Shown piece after piece: positions 33,134 through 41,633 of a stretch of DNA of 64,000 nucleotides. Origin of the DNA: an uncultured Sneathiellales bacterium (GTDB lineage: Bacteria > Pseudomonadota > Alphaproteobacteria > CAYFNG01); NCBI GenBank assembly GCA_964344385.1, contig CAYFNG010000004.1:7523-71522 (forward strand), read 5' to 3'. The notes under the pieces were generated by a model. It was not told the DNA's origin and searched no databases. It saw only the letters and a list, made by a program, of their open reading frames with translations. The position numbers were made by a program, and so were the translations under genes. Positions within the stretch are counted from its first letter, which is position 1; each line of letters begins with the position of its first letter.

Positions 33134-35458
33134 CTAGCTGCCTGCACCCGATACCTGTCCTAGCTTTTCCAGGTTGCTGACGATCGTTTCCAGTTCCGCC
33201 GTTGCCTCTTCGGATAGCGGTTCGTCGGGCGGGGCTTGCTCGCGCGTGGCCGCGTTCTCAGTTAACTCGATACCGGTGTAATACGTAACAATGTCGGTCA
33301 GGTCGTCGCGGTCGATCGGCTTGGCGATGATCCCGTTCATTCCCGCGGCCCGGTACCGATCCCGGTCTTCCGGCATGGAATTGGCGGTGAGGGCGATGAT
33401 GGGAATTTCGGCATTGTGGCCTTTCAAGGCGCGGATTTCGCGGGTCGCGTCAATGCCCCCCATTTCCGGCATCTGAATGTCCATCAGGATCAGGTCGTAG
33501 CGGGCATTGGTCACCGCTTCCAACGCCTCCCATCCGTTGTTGGCGACATTAATCACCAGGCCGTCGCTGTTCAACATGCTGAGAACGATCAACTGGTTGG
33601 TCGGGTTGTCTTCGACCAACAGGATCCGATGGTCCGACTCTGGTCGGGCCGCCATACGCGCTTCCAAACCGTCGGGTTCGTGCGCAGTTGTTTGCTCGCC
33701 GATATCGACATCGAACCAGAACGAGCTGCCCTTGCCTTCATCGCTGGCCACCCTGATTTCGCTGCCCATCATGGCGATCAGCCGCGCGGCGATTGCCAGT
33801 CCCAGGCCGGTACCACCAAACTGGCGGGTGCTGGACGAGTCAACCTGTGTGAAGCGCTGGAACACGGTGGCCAGGGCATCCTTGGGGATGCCGATGCCGG
33901 TGTCCGAGACCTGGAACCGGATCAGGGGCGCGCCGGACCGCGACGACACCGGAACGACGCTCCATTCGACTTGGCCTTCTGACGTGAATTTGACGGCGTT
34001 GTCCAACAAGTTGACCAGTACCTGCATCAGCCGTTTGCGATCTCCAGCTACCGTGGCCGGCAGGTCGGGGTCCAGTGTCAGTTTGAATGCGAGACCTTTC
34101 TCGTCGGCCTTGGGCTTGATTACCTGGGCGACGCGGTGGATGGTTTTATGCAAGTCAAACGGTGCGTCCTCCAACTCCAAGCGGCCGGACTCGATCCGGG
34201 AAAAGTCGAAGATCTGATTGATGATCTCCATCAGCCCCTCGCCGGAATCATGGACGATGGCGGCGTACTCCCGTTGGGTCTCGTCCAGGTCCGTGTCCAG
34301 CAGGAGGCTGGTCATGCCAAGGACGCCGTTCATGGGCGTCAGGATCTCGTGGCTCATCGTGGCCAGGAACTCGGATTTTGCCTTGTCGGCCTTTTGCGCT
34401 TCGATCATCGCTTCCTTGGCCATGGCGGCAGCGTGTTGCGCTTCCTCCTTGGCAATCACCGCGGCTTCCTTGGAGCGGCGCAACTTCTCCTCCGCCTCCT
34501 TGCGCTGCGATACGTCTCGCACCGACCCGGTCATGCGGTAGGCCCGACCGTTCTCGTCGAAACTGGCCACGCCGCGGTCATGAACCCAAACCAATCCGCC
34601 GTCTTCCTGGTAGACCCGGTATTCGCAGGAGTAAGCTCGTGCGCCGCCGCTCAGATAAGTTTTTAGTTCTAGCAGATAAGCGTCCCGGTCGGAACCGCAG
34701 ATCCGGTCCATCCAATCTTCTCGAGTAACGATCTTTAATCCGCTCTTCGCGGCCAGCAGCTTCGAGACATGCTTGGAAACAAAGAGGGTATCCGCCCTGA
34801 TGTCCCAGTCCCAAATGACCTCGTTTGTGGCCTCGATGATCCGCCGATACTGGTCCTCGCTCTGTCGGGCACGGTTCTCGGCGTTGCGCAGGGCGGCGGC
34901 CTTATAGTTGAAGACCGTGCCGGCGATCAGGCCAAACAGGAGAACCGGAGTATACTCCAAGTATTTTTCTGGATTGGGAAACGCGCCTAGCGAGACGCGA
35001 TAGGTCACCAAGGCCAACGCCGTTCCAACCGTATAAAGCAGAACGATTTGGAACCATTCCACGAGGAAGATCAGCAGGAAAATGGAGGTTAGTGCCGACA
35101 GCAGCCAAATCGTACTCGCATCATTGCGCAACAACATATAGTTGAAAAAAAACGGTAAACAGTAAAGTATTGCAATGTAAAGATATTGCCGACCAAAGCG
35201 TTGGAGTTTTTCCGGCCAGTATGACTCCGTGGATAACCCCAGGCACAACACAACCCCTATGAGGCGCAATGTTAGATTCTCATAGGGTTGCGGCAGCAAA
35301 TACTTCCAGACGACGAAATAGATGGGAAAGGTGGCCGCGCCCAATAGACCTATGGGGACGATTATTTTTTGGACGTGCCGATAGTTTTGCTCGCCAAGAT
35401 CGTTAAGGTAGCGGCGAACATTACTGAACGTCAAAAAAATATCTCGCGATTTCTTCAT
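33134..35458 (-). CDS. cqsS: CqsS-like hybrid sensor kinase: CqsS-type 6-TM ligand-binding domain, PAS, HisKA, HATPase, receiver
   Basis: The membrane domain carries FPIYFVVWKYLLPQPYENLTLRL and CLPFFFNYMLLRNDASTIWLLSALTSIFLLIFLV. V. cholerae CqsS, as I recall it, has FPAYYFIWEYWFPQSYENLGLR and CLPFFFAFMMLMNDWSTIW. PAS spans aa ~200-320. H-box FLATMSHEILTPMNG. DTGIGIP / GGTGLGLAI. Receiver ILLVEDNPTNQ...LILMDIQMPEMGG. Confidence 0.9.
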   Translation of the reverse strand: MKKSRDIFLTFSNVRRYLNDLGEQNYRHVQKIIVPIGLLGAATFPIYFVVWKYLLPQPYENLTLRLIGVVLCLGLSTESYWPEKLQRFGRQYLYIAILYCLPFFFNYMLLRNDASTIWLLSALTSIFLLIFLVEWFQIVLLYTVGTALALVTYRVSLGAFPNPEKYLEYTPVLLFGLIAGTVFNYKAAALRNAENRARQSEDQYRRIIEATNEVIWDWDIRADTLFVSKHVSKLLAAKSGLKIVTREDWMDRICGSDRDAYLLELKTYLSGGARAYSCEYRVYQEDGGLVWVHDRGVASFDENGRAYRMTGSVRDVSQRKEAEEKLRRSKEAAVIAKEEAQHAAAMAKEAMIEAQKADKAKSEFLATMSHEILTPMNGVLGMTSLLLDTDLDETQREYAAIVHDSGEGLMEIINQIFDFSRIESGRLELEDAPFDLHKTIHRVAQVIKPKADEKGLAFKLTLDPDLPATVAGDRKRLMQVLVNLLDNAVKFTSEGQVEWSVVPVSSRSGAPLIRFQVSDTGIGIPKDALATVFQRFTQVDSSSTRQFGGTGLGLAIAARLIAMMGSEIRVASDEGKGSSFWFDVDIGEQTTAHEPDGLEARMAARPESDHRILLVEDNPTNQLIVLSMLNSDGLVINVANNGWEALEAVTNARYDLILMDIQMPEMGGIDATREIRALKGHNAEIPIIALTANSMPEDRDRYRAAGMNGIIAKPIDRDDLTDIVTYYTGIELTENAATREQAPPDEPLSEEATAELETIVSNLEKLGQVSGAGS

Positions 35459-35680
35459 ATTGTCTTCGAAAAAACGCGTCGTCCCGGAGTGGTTTTTGTT
35501 GCCAACCGCAATCCGTTACTCGACTGCATGCAACAATGGCTAGGCTGTAATGATTATATAAATGAACTGTATTAACAGAGTGTTTGCCGCCGGATTGATG
35601 AAACCGGGCGCTGCAGCGGCGTTTACCGGGGCGACGGCGCGCCGCCGGCCGACCGTTCTCTTGTCCAGGGGCGCGATGAC

Positions 35681-36352
35681 TCAGTAGCCGTCGCGATCCA
35701 GGCTCTGTCCGATCAGGGATTGGGCCTCGGGCCAATTATCGGCCCGGTGGTGGCAATGTTCCGCCGGACCCAACAGCCGCGCCAATCGCGGATCGGCGAT
35801 GAAGTGGATCCGGGTGACCCGTTCGGCCGCATAGCGGACGGATGTGTGGTGGCGCGGAATATCGTCGAGGAAAAACACCGGCCCTGAGACGATCTCTGCC
35901 ATCCAGCGGACCGGCGCGCCCTTGCCACCGCTATTGGCGATCAACGGATAGTCCATGCCGTGCCGCTCCAGGGCCCGAGACCGGGCCGCCCGTCGGTCCT
36001 GGGGCAGGTTGCTCAACACCACGATTTGGGCCCGTTCGGCCAGCTGCGCCAGCGCCTCGGCGGCCCCGGGAACCGGCGACAAGTCTTCGGTGTGGCGTTG
36101 AAAGAACAGGTTCAAAAGGTCTTGGACCCGATCTTTAGGGACCGGTGCTTCCGTGGCCGCATCGCGAATATTCCCGTGCAGCGCAAAAGACGACCAATCG
36201 AAGTAAAGCCCTTCGCCGACCAGGAACCGGTCCAGACCGGCCATGAACTCGAACAGAACCTCGTCCGCGTCGGCAATGATCAACGGCCTGGAGCGGTCGA
36301 GGTCAAGTTCGGAAAGCTGCGATTCGACGTTTGGGTCAAGAGGGCTTGTCAT
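35681..36352 (-). CDS. HAD-superfamily hydrolase-like protein
   Basis: Start at MTSPLDPNV (ATG 36352). PLIIADADEVLF resembles HAD motif I (DxD). VVLSNLP resembles motif II. FFLDDIPRHH resembles motif IV. Confidence 0.55.
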   Translation of the reverse strand: MTSPLDPNVESQLSELDLDRSRPLIIADADEVLFEFMAGLDRFLVGEGLYFDWSSFALHGNIRDAATEAPVPKDRVQDLLNLFFQRHTEDLSPVPGAAEALAQLAERAQIVVLSNLPQDRRAARSRALERHGMDYPLIANSGGKGAPVRWMAEIVSGPVFFLDDIPRHHTSVRYAAERVTRIHFIADPRLARLLGPAEHCHHRADNWPEAQSLIGQSLDRDGY

Positions 36353-36378
36353 CGAAATGGTGCTTCGTCCAAAAAAGG

Positions 36379-36660
36379 TCAGTTCGGCTCTTCCGCGCCG
36401 GGGCCTCCGGGCAGAGCTCTGCGTGCTGCGCCCGGCGCGGTCGCCGGAACCTGCAGGTCTTCGCAAAAACCGGTCAGCAGGGCTTCGTCTGAGAGCAGAA
36501 AATCCAGAACCCCGGCCAGCAGTTCGGCTTCGGCGGCGCGCAGGCGCAACTCGTCGAGCGTGAGCCCGCTGAGCGACAGAAACCGGGACAGCGTATCGGT
36601 GTCGGCGGCAATCGCCGCGAGCGCCCGCAAGGCCAGGGATTCCGCCATTTCCCGGTTCAT
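36379..36660 (-). CDS. DUF3572-like small protein (commonly found next to divK/pleD in Alphaproteobacteria)
   Basis: MNREMAESLALRALAAIAADTDTLSRFLSLSGLTLDELR...LDFLLSDEALLTGFCE. The family is recalled from memory and the context is divergent from divK. Confidence 0.55.
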   Translation of the reverse strand: MNREMAESLALRALAAIAADTDTLSRFLSLSGLTLDELRLRAAEAELLAGVLDFLLSDEALLTGFCEDLQVPATAPGAARRALPGGPGAEEPN

Positions 36661-36908
36661 TTACGCGCCTTTCTTCTGTCGGTGAACTGCCGACTACCGG
36701 TCCGGTTGTACTAAGCCACTGTAACGGAATATTAAGTGCAGCGAGGGCAAAATCCGTTCCGCGCTGCTATTCCTACAGCGGGTAACCGCTGGCGTCGATC
36801 CCTGTTCTTGCGGGTCGGTGACGGACAAGGCTTACAAGAACGGCGGTAGTTGACATGGACAGGTGGCAGGTCGTACAGACTGTCGGGAACCAAGACAAGG
36901 CTGATGCG

Positions 36909-37274
36909 ATGGCCAAGACGGTCCTCATCGTCGAGGATAATGACCTGAACATGAAGCTGTTTCATGACCTGCTGGATGCACATGGCTTCGCCACGTTGCA
37001 GACCAGCGACGGCATGGAAGCACTGAACATGGCGCGCCAGCATCGGCCCGATTTGATTCTGATGGACATTCAATTGCCGGAAGTCTCCGGTTTGGAAGTC
37101 ACCAAGTGGATCAAGGAGGATGATGACCTCAAGGAAATCCCGATTGTCGCGGTGACCGCGTTTGCCATGAAGGGCGACGAGGAAAAGATCCGCGAGTGTG
37201 GTTGCGAAGCCTATGTTTCGAAACCGATTTCCGTCACCGCCTTTATTGATACTGTCAAAGACCTGATCGAATAG
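36909..37274 (+). CDS. divK: Single-domain response regulator DivK
   Basis: [22 protein letters not shown]...[61 protein letters not shown]. Followed directly by pleD. Confidence 0.85.
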   Translation: MAKTVLIVEDNDLNMKLFHDLLDAHGFATLQTSDGMEALNMARQHRPDLILMDIQLPEVSGLEVTKWIKEDDDLKEIPIVAVTAFAMKGDEEKIRECGCEAYVSKPISVTAFIDTVKDLIE

Positions 37275-37280
37275 CAGCTC

Positions 37281-38663
37281 ATGACCGCCCGAGTCCTGGT
37301 CGTCGATGACGTCCTTCCCAATATCAAGCTGTTGGAAGCCAAGCTGACGCGAGAATATTACGACGTGTTCTCGGCCGCCAACGGCCAGGACGCGCTGGTG
37401 TCGGCGCGTGAGAACAATCCGGATATTGTCCTCCTGGATGTCATGATGCCGGGCATGGACGGTTTCGAGGTTTGCCGCCAGATGAAGGCCGACCCGGCCA
37501 TTTCGCATATTCCGGTGGTCATGGTGACGGCGCTCAGCGATCCCCAGGACCGGGTCCAGGGGCTGGAAGCCGGGGCCGACGACTTCCTGACCAAGCCGGT
37601 CAACGACGTGGCCCTGTTCGCTCGGGTCCGCTCGTTGGTGCGGCTCAAGACCATGAGCGACGAGCTCCGCCTGCGCCAGGAGACCAGCACCAGTTTCGGC
37701 GTTGTCGACAGCGCCAGCATCGCCGAGCCGCTGGATCTGGCGGATGCCAGCGTCCTGGTGGTCGAGGACAGCCCGGCCGACAGCCACAATCTGGAAAACG
37801 CCCTGAGCGGTTCCTACCGGGTTGAGGTGGTCAAGGATGGCAGCCAGGCCATGGCACGGGCCCGCGACGCCAATTTCGACCTGATCGTTGTCAGCCTGGG
37901 CATTTCGTCGGGCGATCCTTTGCGGCTATGCTCCCATATTCGCACCACCGAGGAGACCCGGCAGGTTCCGGTGCTGATTCTGGTCGAGGAAGAGGACACC
38001 GACCGCCTGGCCACCGGACTGGAACTGGGCGTCAACGACTATCTGGTGCGCCCGATCGACCAGAACGAATTGCTGGCCCGGGCCCGGACCCAGGTCCGCC
38101 GCAAACGTTACCAGGACGAATTGCGGGCGAACTACCAAAAGAGCATGTCGATGGCGATGACCGATTCCCTGACCGGTCTATTCAACCGCCGTTATGCCAT
38201 GACCCATTTGGAAGCGCATCTGGAGCGGTCTCGGGCTCAGCCGGTGTCGCTGATGATGCTGGACATCGATCACTTCAAGTCGATCAACGACACCTATGGG
38301 CACCCGGTCGGGGACGAGGTCCTGGTCGAGTTGTCGGCCCGGATCGGCCGTTATGTCCGCGGCATCGACCTGGCAGCACGCCTCGGCGGCGAGGAGTTTG
38401 TCGTCGTGCTGCCCGAAACCGACGAGGAATTTGCCGCTCATGTGGCCGAGCGCCTGCGCCGCAACATCGCCGATGAGCCGTTTTCGATCGCGGTCGATCC
38501 CAGCAAACTGGACGTCACCTGTTCGATCGGGGTCGCCCAGAGCGTCGAAGGCGACACGCCCGACGATCTGCTCAAGCGCGCGGACGATGCGCTGTACGCC
38601 GCCAAGCGCCAAGGGCGCGACCGGGTCATTACCGCGTCGTCGCAGGAAGAGTGGTTCCGCTGA
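37281..38663 (+). CDS. pleD: Response regulator diguanylate cyclase PleD (REC-REC-GGDEF)
   Basis: MTARVLVVDDVLPNIKLLEAKLTREYYDV...VLLDVMMPGMDG. A second, degenerate receiver follows. DSLTGLFNRRY...DIDHFKSINDTYGHPVGDEVL...RLGGEEFVVVL. Confidence 0.9.
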   Translation: MTARVLVVDDVLPNIKLLEAKLTREYYDVFSAANGQDALVSARENNPDIVLLDVMMPGMDGFEVCRQMKADPAISHIPVVMVTALSDPQDRVQGLEAGADDFLTKPVNDVALFARVRSLVRLKTMSDELRLRQETSTSFGVVDSASIAEPLDLADASVLVVEDSPADSHNLENALSGSYRVEVVKDGSQAMARARDANFDLIVVSLGISSGDPLRLCSHIRTTEETRQVPVLILVEEEDTDRLATGLELGVNDYLVRPIDQNELLARARTQVRRKRYQDELRANYQKSMSMAMTDSLTGLFNRRYAMTHLEAHLERSRAQPVSLMMLDIDHFKSINDTYGHPVGDEVLVELSARIGRYVRGIDLAARLGGEEFVVVLPETDEEFAAHVAERLRRNIADEPFSIAVDPSKLDVTCSIGVAQSVEGDTPDDLLKRADDALYAAKRQGRDRVITASSQEEWFR

Positions 38664-38703
38664 AAGTTCGCGGTCGCGGACGTTCCGACGATCGCCTGAC
38701 GGC

Positions 38704-38731
38704 ATGAAAAAGGCCGCGATGGATCGCGGCC
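38704..38731 (-). terminator. Rho-independent terminator downstream of rpmG
   Basis: The minus strand reads GGCCGCGATCCATCGCGGCC followed by TTTTTCAT, an 8-9 bp GC stem plus a U-tract. It starts 30 nt after the rpmG stop. Confidence 0.65.
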
Positions 38732-38760
38732 CATGGTCCGTCGAGACCGGCTAAGATCGG

Positions 38761-38928
38761 TTACTTGATCTTGCCTTCCTTGAATTCGACGTGCTTGCGC
38801 GCGACCGGGTCATACTTGCGCATTACCAGTTTTTCGGTCTGCTTGCGCGGGTTCTTTTTGGTGACGTAGTAGAACCCGGTCCCGGCGCTGCTGACCAGCT
38901 TGATCTTGATGGTATTCGGCTTGGCCAT
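38761..38928 (-). CDS. rpmG: 50S ribosomal protein L33
   Basis: Below the ORF-track length cut-off. My translation reads [55 protein letters not shown]. Confidence 0.9.
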   Translation of the reverse strand: MAKPNTIKIKLVSSAGTGFYYVTKKNPRKQTEKLVMRKYDPVARKHVEFKEGKIK

Positions 38929-38991
38929 GCCACTCTCCGGCGCTGCCAGTTGAAAAGACGAACCGCGAACATAGTCGGAAATGCCGTGAAG

Positions 38992-40176
38992 TCAAGCCTC
39001 GCCTTGCGGGCTGCGGCGGCCCGCCATCCAGCGGCGGATTGCGACAAAAACCGCATAAATCAGCCCCGAACAGCCCAAGACGGCGGGCAGGCCATTGGGG
39101 TCCCAAAGGTCCATTGCCGGACCCGACACGGCCGGCCCGGCAAAGCTGCCGATGCCCCAGAATAGCCCGATCGCGGCGTTGGCGTTGACCAGGTCCATGC
39201 CGCGAAATCGCTGTCCGACCAGGGTCATCGCCACGGTGTAGACCCCCAACGACACGCCGCCCCAGAAGAACAGGCTGGGCCACAACAGGTGCGGCGAGGC
39301 GACGACGAAGGGCAATGCGGCGATACCGGCGGTACTGAGCAGGGCGCACGCGATCAGCAGGGCATAGCGGTTGAGCTTGTCGGCCAACCAGCCGATCGGC
39401 ACCTGCATGGCAACGCCGCCGATTGCCAATATGCTGATCATCAGGGCCGATTCGGCCTGGCTGAGACCGCTGCGCACGCCGTAGACCGGCAGTAGCACCA
39501 GTCCGGAACTGTCGCGAAAGGACACCAACAGAAAGGCACCGGCAAGGACCGGTGCCACCAGGATGAACGAAAACGGGCTGAACGAGGACTGTCCCTCCAG
39601 ACGCGGTGCCAGCGATCCGGTCAGCGCCAACGGAATGGCCGACACGGCGATGATGGCGCCGCCGACCAGGAACGGCGTCCAACCGACGGTTCCCGTCTGG
39701 GCGACGATCATGGGGCCGAGAGCGAAGCCGCCACCCAGCACCGCGGTGTAGATGCCCAGGACCCGGCCGCGGCTGGTTTCGGTCGCCACCGTGTTGATCC
39801 AGGTTTCTGCGGCCATGAACAGCCCGGCCTGGGTCACGCCGAGGAGAAACCGCAAGACGAACCAGGCTGCCAAATTGTCGAACACCGGCAACAACAGGAA
39901 AAACACCAGTTCGCCGCCGATGCACAGGGCGAGAAAACGGCGGAAACCGGTCGCCGCAACTAGGCGCGGGAAGGCGGGGGCGAACACCAGCATCGCCAGG
40001 GCGCTCATCGCGGCACTGAGGCCGATCAGCGAGCGTTCGACGCCGCGGGCCTCAAGGATCAACGACAGCAGCGGCAGCGACAGGCCCAGGGTGACGCTGT
40101 AGATGGTGGTCGCGGCGATCACCGCGACCAGGACCCGCCGACGTTGGGACGTGCCCACCACGCTTTCCACGGTCAT
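38992..40176 (-). CDS. MFS transporter
   Basis: About 12 hydrophobic helices in a two-fold arrangement with MFS-like loop motifs. 394 aa. Confidence 0.8.
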   Translation of the reverse strand: MTVESVVGTSQRRRVLVAVIAATTIYSVTLGLSLPLLSLILEARGVERSLIGLSAAMSALAMLVFAPAFPRLVAATGFRRFLALCIGGELVFFLLLPVFDNLAAWFVLRFLLGVTQAGLFMAAETWINTVATETSRGRVLGIYTAVLGGGFALGPMIVAQTGTVGWTPFLVGGAIIAVSAIPLALTGSLAPRLEGQSSFSPFSFILVAPVLAGAFLLVSFRDSSGLVLLPVYGVRSGLSQAESALMISILAIGGVAMQVPIGWLADKLNRYALLIACALLSTAGIAALPFVVASPHLLWPSLFFWGGVSLGVYTVAMTLVGQRFRGMDLVNANAAIGLFWGIGSFAGPAVSGPAMDLWDPNGLPAVLGCSGLIYAVFVAIRRWMAGRRSPQGEA

Positions 40177-40808
40177 GTCAGGTATCGGATGCGCGCGGCG
40201 CCGCTGCGATAGGAAAACAGGGGAATGGGTTGCTGGCCGGGGTCGGGCAGGGACAGCAGCCGGGTCAACTCGCCCAGCACGAACTCGGTCACGTCGATAA
40301 CCGGCAGGCGCAACGCGTCCTTCAGCGCCACCCAGTGCAGGTCCAACAGTTCGCCACTGCCACCCAATTCACCGATTGCGTGCGCGCCGTCGGCCAGGAA
40401 GAATCGATTGTGGAAACGGATCGGGCTTTCCGGCGGGGTGATCGCCCGGGCGATGTAGTCCAGCCGCGAGAGGTCGGGCAGGATGTGCCGATCGCGCTTC
40501 TCGCCCAACAACAGACCGGTCTCTTCATATGTCTCGCGCACCGCCGTGATGGCCAGGGCGCGGGCCATGCGGCCGCTGCCACCACGGCTCAACCGATCCA
40601 GGACTTCCGGACGCAGATTTTCGGCCACCGGTGCGCGATAGTCCCGCCGGTCGATGCGCCCCCCCGGAAATACATAGACATTGGGCAGGAAGCGGTGACG
40701 GACATGGCGCCGGCCCATCAGGATGTGCGGCTTGCCGTCGATCCGGCGAACCATGACCAGGGATGCGGCGTCCCGGGGGCGGACCGGGTTGTTTCGATCG
40801 TTGCTCAC
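40173..40808 (-). CDS. NUDIX-family hydrolase (tandem paralogue, downstream copy)
   Basis: VFPGGRIDRRD ... AVRETYEETGLLLG. GTG start at 40808 lies directly after the stop of the upstream paralogue. The longer ORF would overlap it. Confidence 0.7.
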   Translation of the reverse strand: MSNDRNNPVRPRDAASLVMVRRIDGKPHILMGRRHVRHRFLPNVYVFPGGRIDRRDYRAPVAENLRPEVLDRLSRGGSGRMARALAITAVRETYEETGLLLGEKRDRHILPDLSRLDYIARAITPPESPIRFHNRFFLADGAHAIGELGGSGELLDLHWVALKDALRLPVIDVTEFVLGELTRLLSLPDPGQQPIPLFSYRSGAARIRYLT

Positions 40809-40809
40809 G

Positions 40810-41526
40810 TCAGTCGGTTCCGATATCGCGGCGGCCGTAAAGAATACGGTAGCGGGGGACCGGCCGGGTGGGGTCGGCGGGTGGCGGGGCCAGGGCAAGC
40901 TCCTTGACATGGCCCAGGACGATGCCGGTGATCAGCGGGATCTCCAATGACCTGGCGTCGTCGACATTGACCCAATGGAGATCCAGCAACTCGCCGTTCT
41001 CCCTTATGTCGCCACTCAGCCCGTCGGCTTCGGCCATGAAGAACCGGGCGTTGAAACGGCGTGGCCTCTGCGGTGGGGTAATCGCGCGTGCGACGTAGTC
41101 CAGGCGGCCGATCGCCGGCGCCAAGCCGTGCCCGAAAAACGCCTCCCACCCCTTAGGTGCCGGCTTGTCGGGCGCCGGGTCCGGTTCGCCCAACATCAGT
41201 CCGGTTTCCTCGTACGTCTCGCGGATGGCGGCGATCGCCAGGGCCCGGGCGCGGGCTGGGGTCGCGGCGCGACAGAGGCGGGCGGAGACGTCGTTTCGCA
41301 AAGCGCCGGCGCACCGCACCCGATGGTCGTCGCGGTCGACCGCCCCGCCGGGGAAGACATAGCGGTTCGGCATGAAGGCGTGGGAACCGTGGCGCTCGCC
41401 CATCAGCACTTCGATCCCGCTCGCACGGTGGCGATACAGGATCAGGGTCGCAGCATCGCGCGGCCGCAGCGACAGGCCCGGCCTGGATTTCGCATCGGGT
41501 TCCAGCATGGCGGCAAGATGGCGCAA
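40810..41526 (-). CDS. NUDIX-family hydrolase (tandem paralogue, upstream copy)
   Basis: VFPGGAVDRDD ... AIRETYEETGLMLGE. Collinear similarity to the 40173-40808 product over the whole length. Confidence 0.75.
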   Translation of the reverse strand: MRHLAAMLEPDAKSRPGLSLRPRDAATLILYRHRASGIEVLMGERHGSHAFMPNRYVFPGGAVDRDDHRVRCAGALRNDVSARLCRAATPARARALAIAAIRETYEETGLMLGEPDPAPDKPAPKGWEAFFGHGLAPAIGRLDYVARAITPPQRPRRFNARFFMAEADGLSGDIRENGELLDLHWVNVDDARSLEIPLITGIVLGHVKELALAPPPADPTRPVPRYRILYGRRDIGTD

Positions 41527-41633
41527 GGCTCGTCGAGGCGCAAGCCGGAATGGCCGCGTGGAATCAAACTCGAAAGGGGCTGTACCGTCCCGCTCCCCCG
41601 AAAGCCGCGTTTGCTACCTTTCGGGCCAGGCAC

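Noticed and set aside
36661-36908. Search for a CtrA box (TTAA-N7-TTAAC) upstream of divK
   Set aside because: The only candidate is a poor one (ctaagccactgtaac) with mismatches in both half-sites, so it is not reported as a feature.
36732-37787. 351-aa minus-strand ORF
   Set aside because: It is antisense to divK and pleD, whose receiver-domain motifs are unambiguous.
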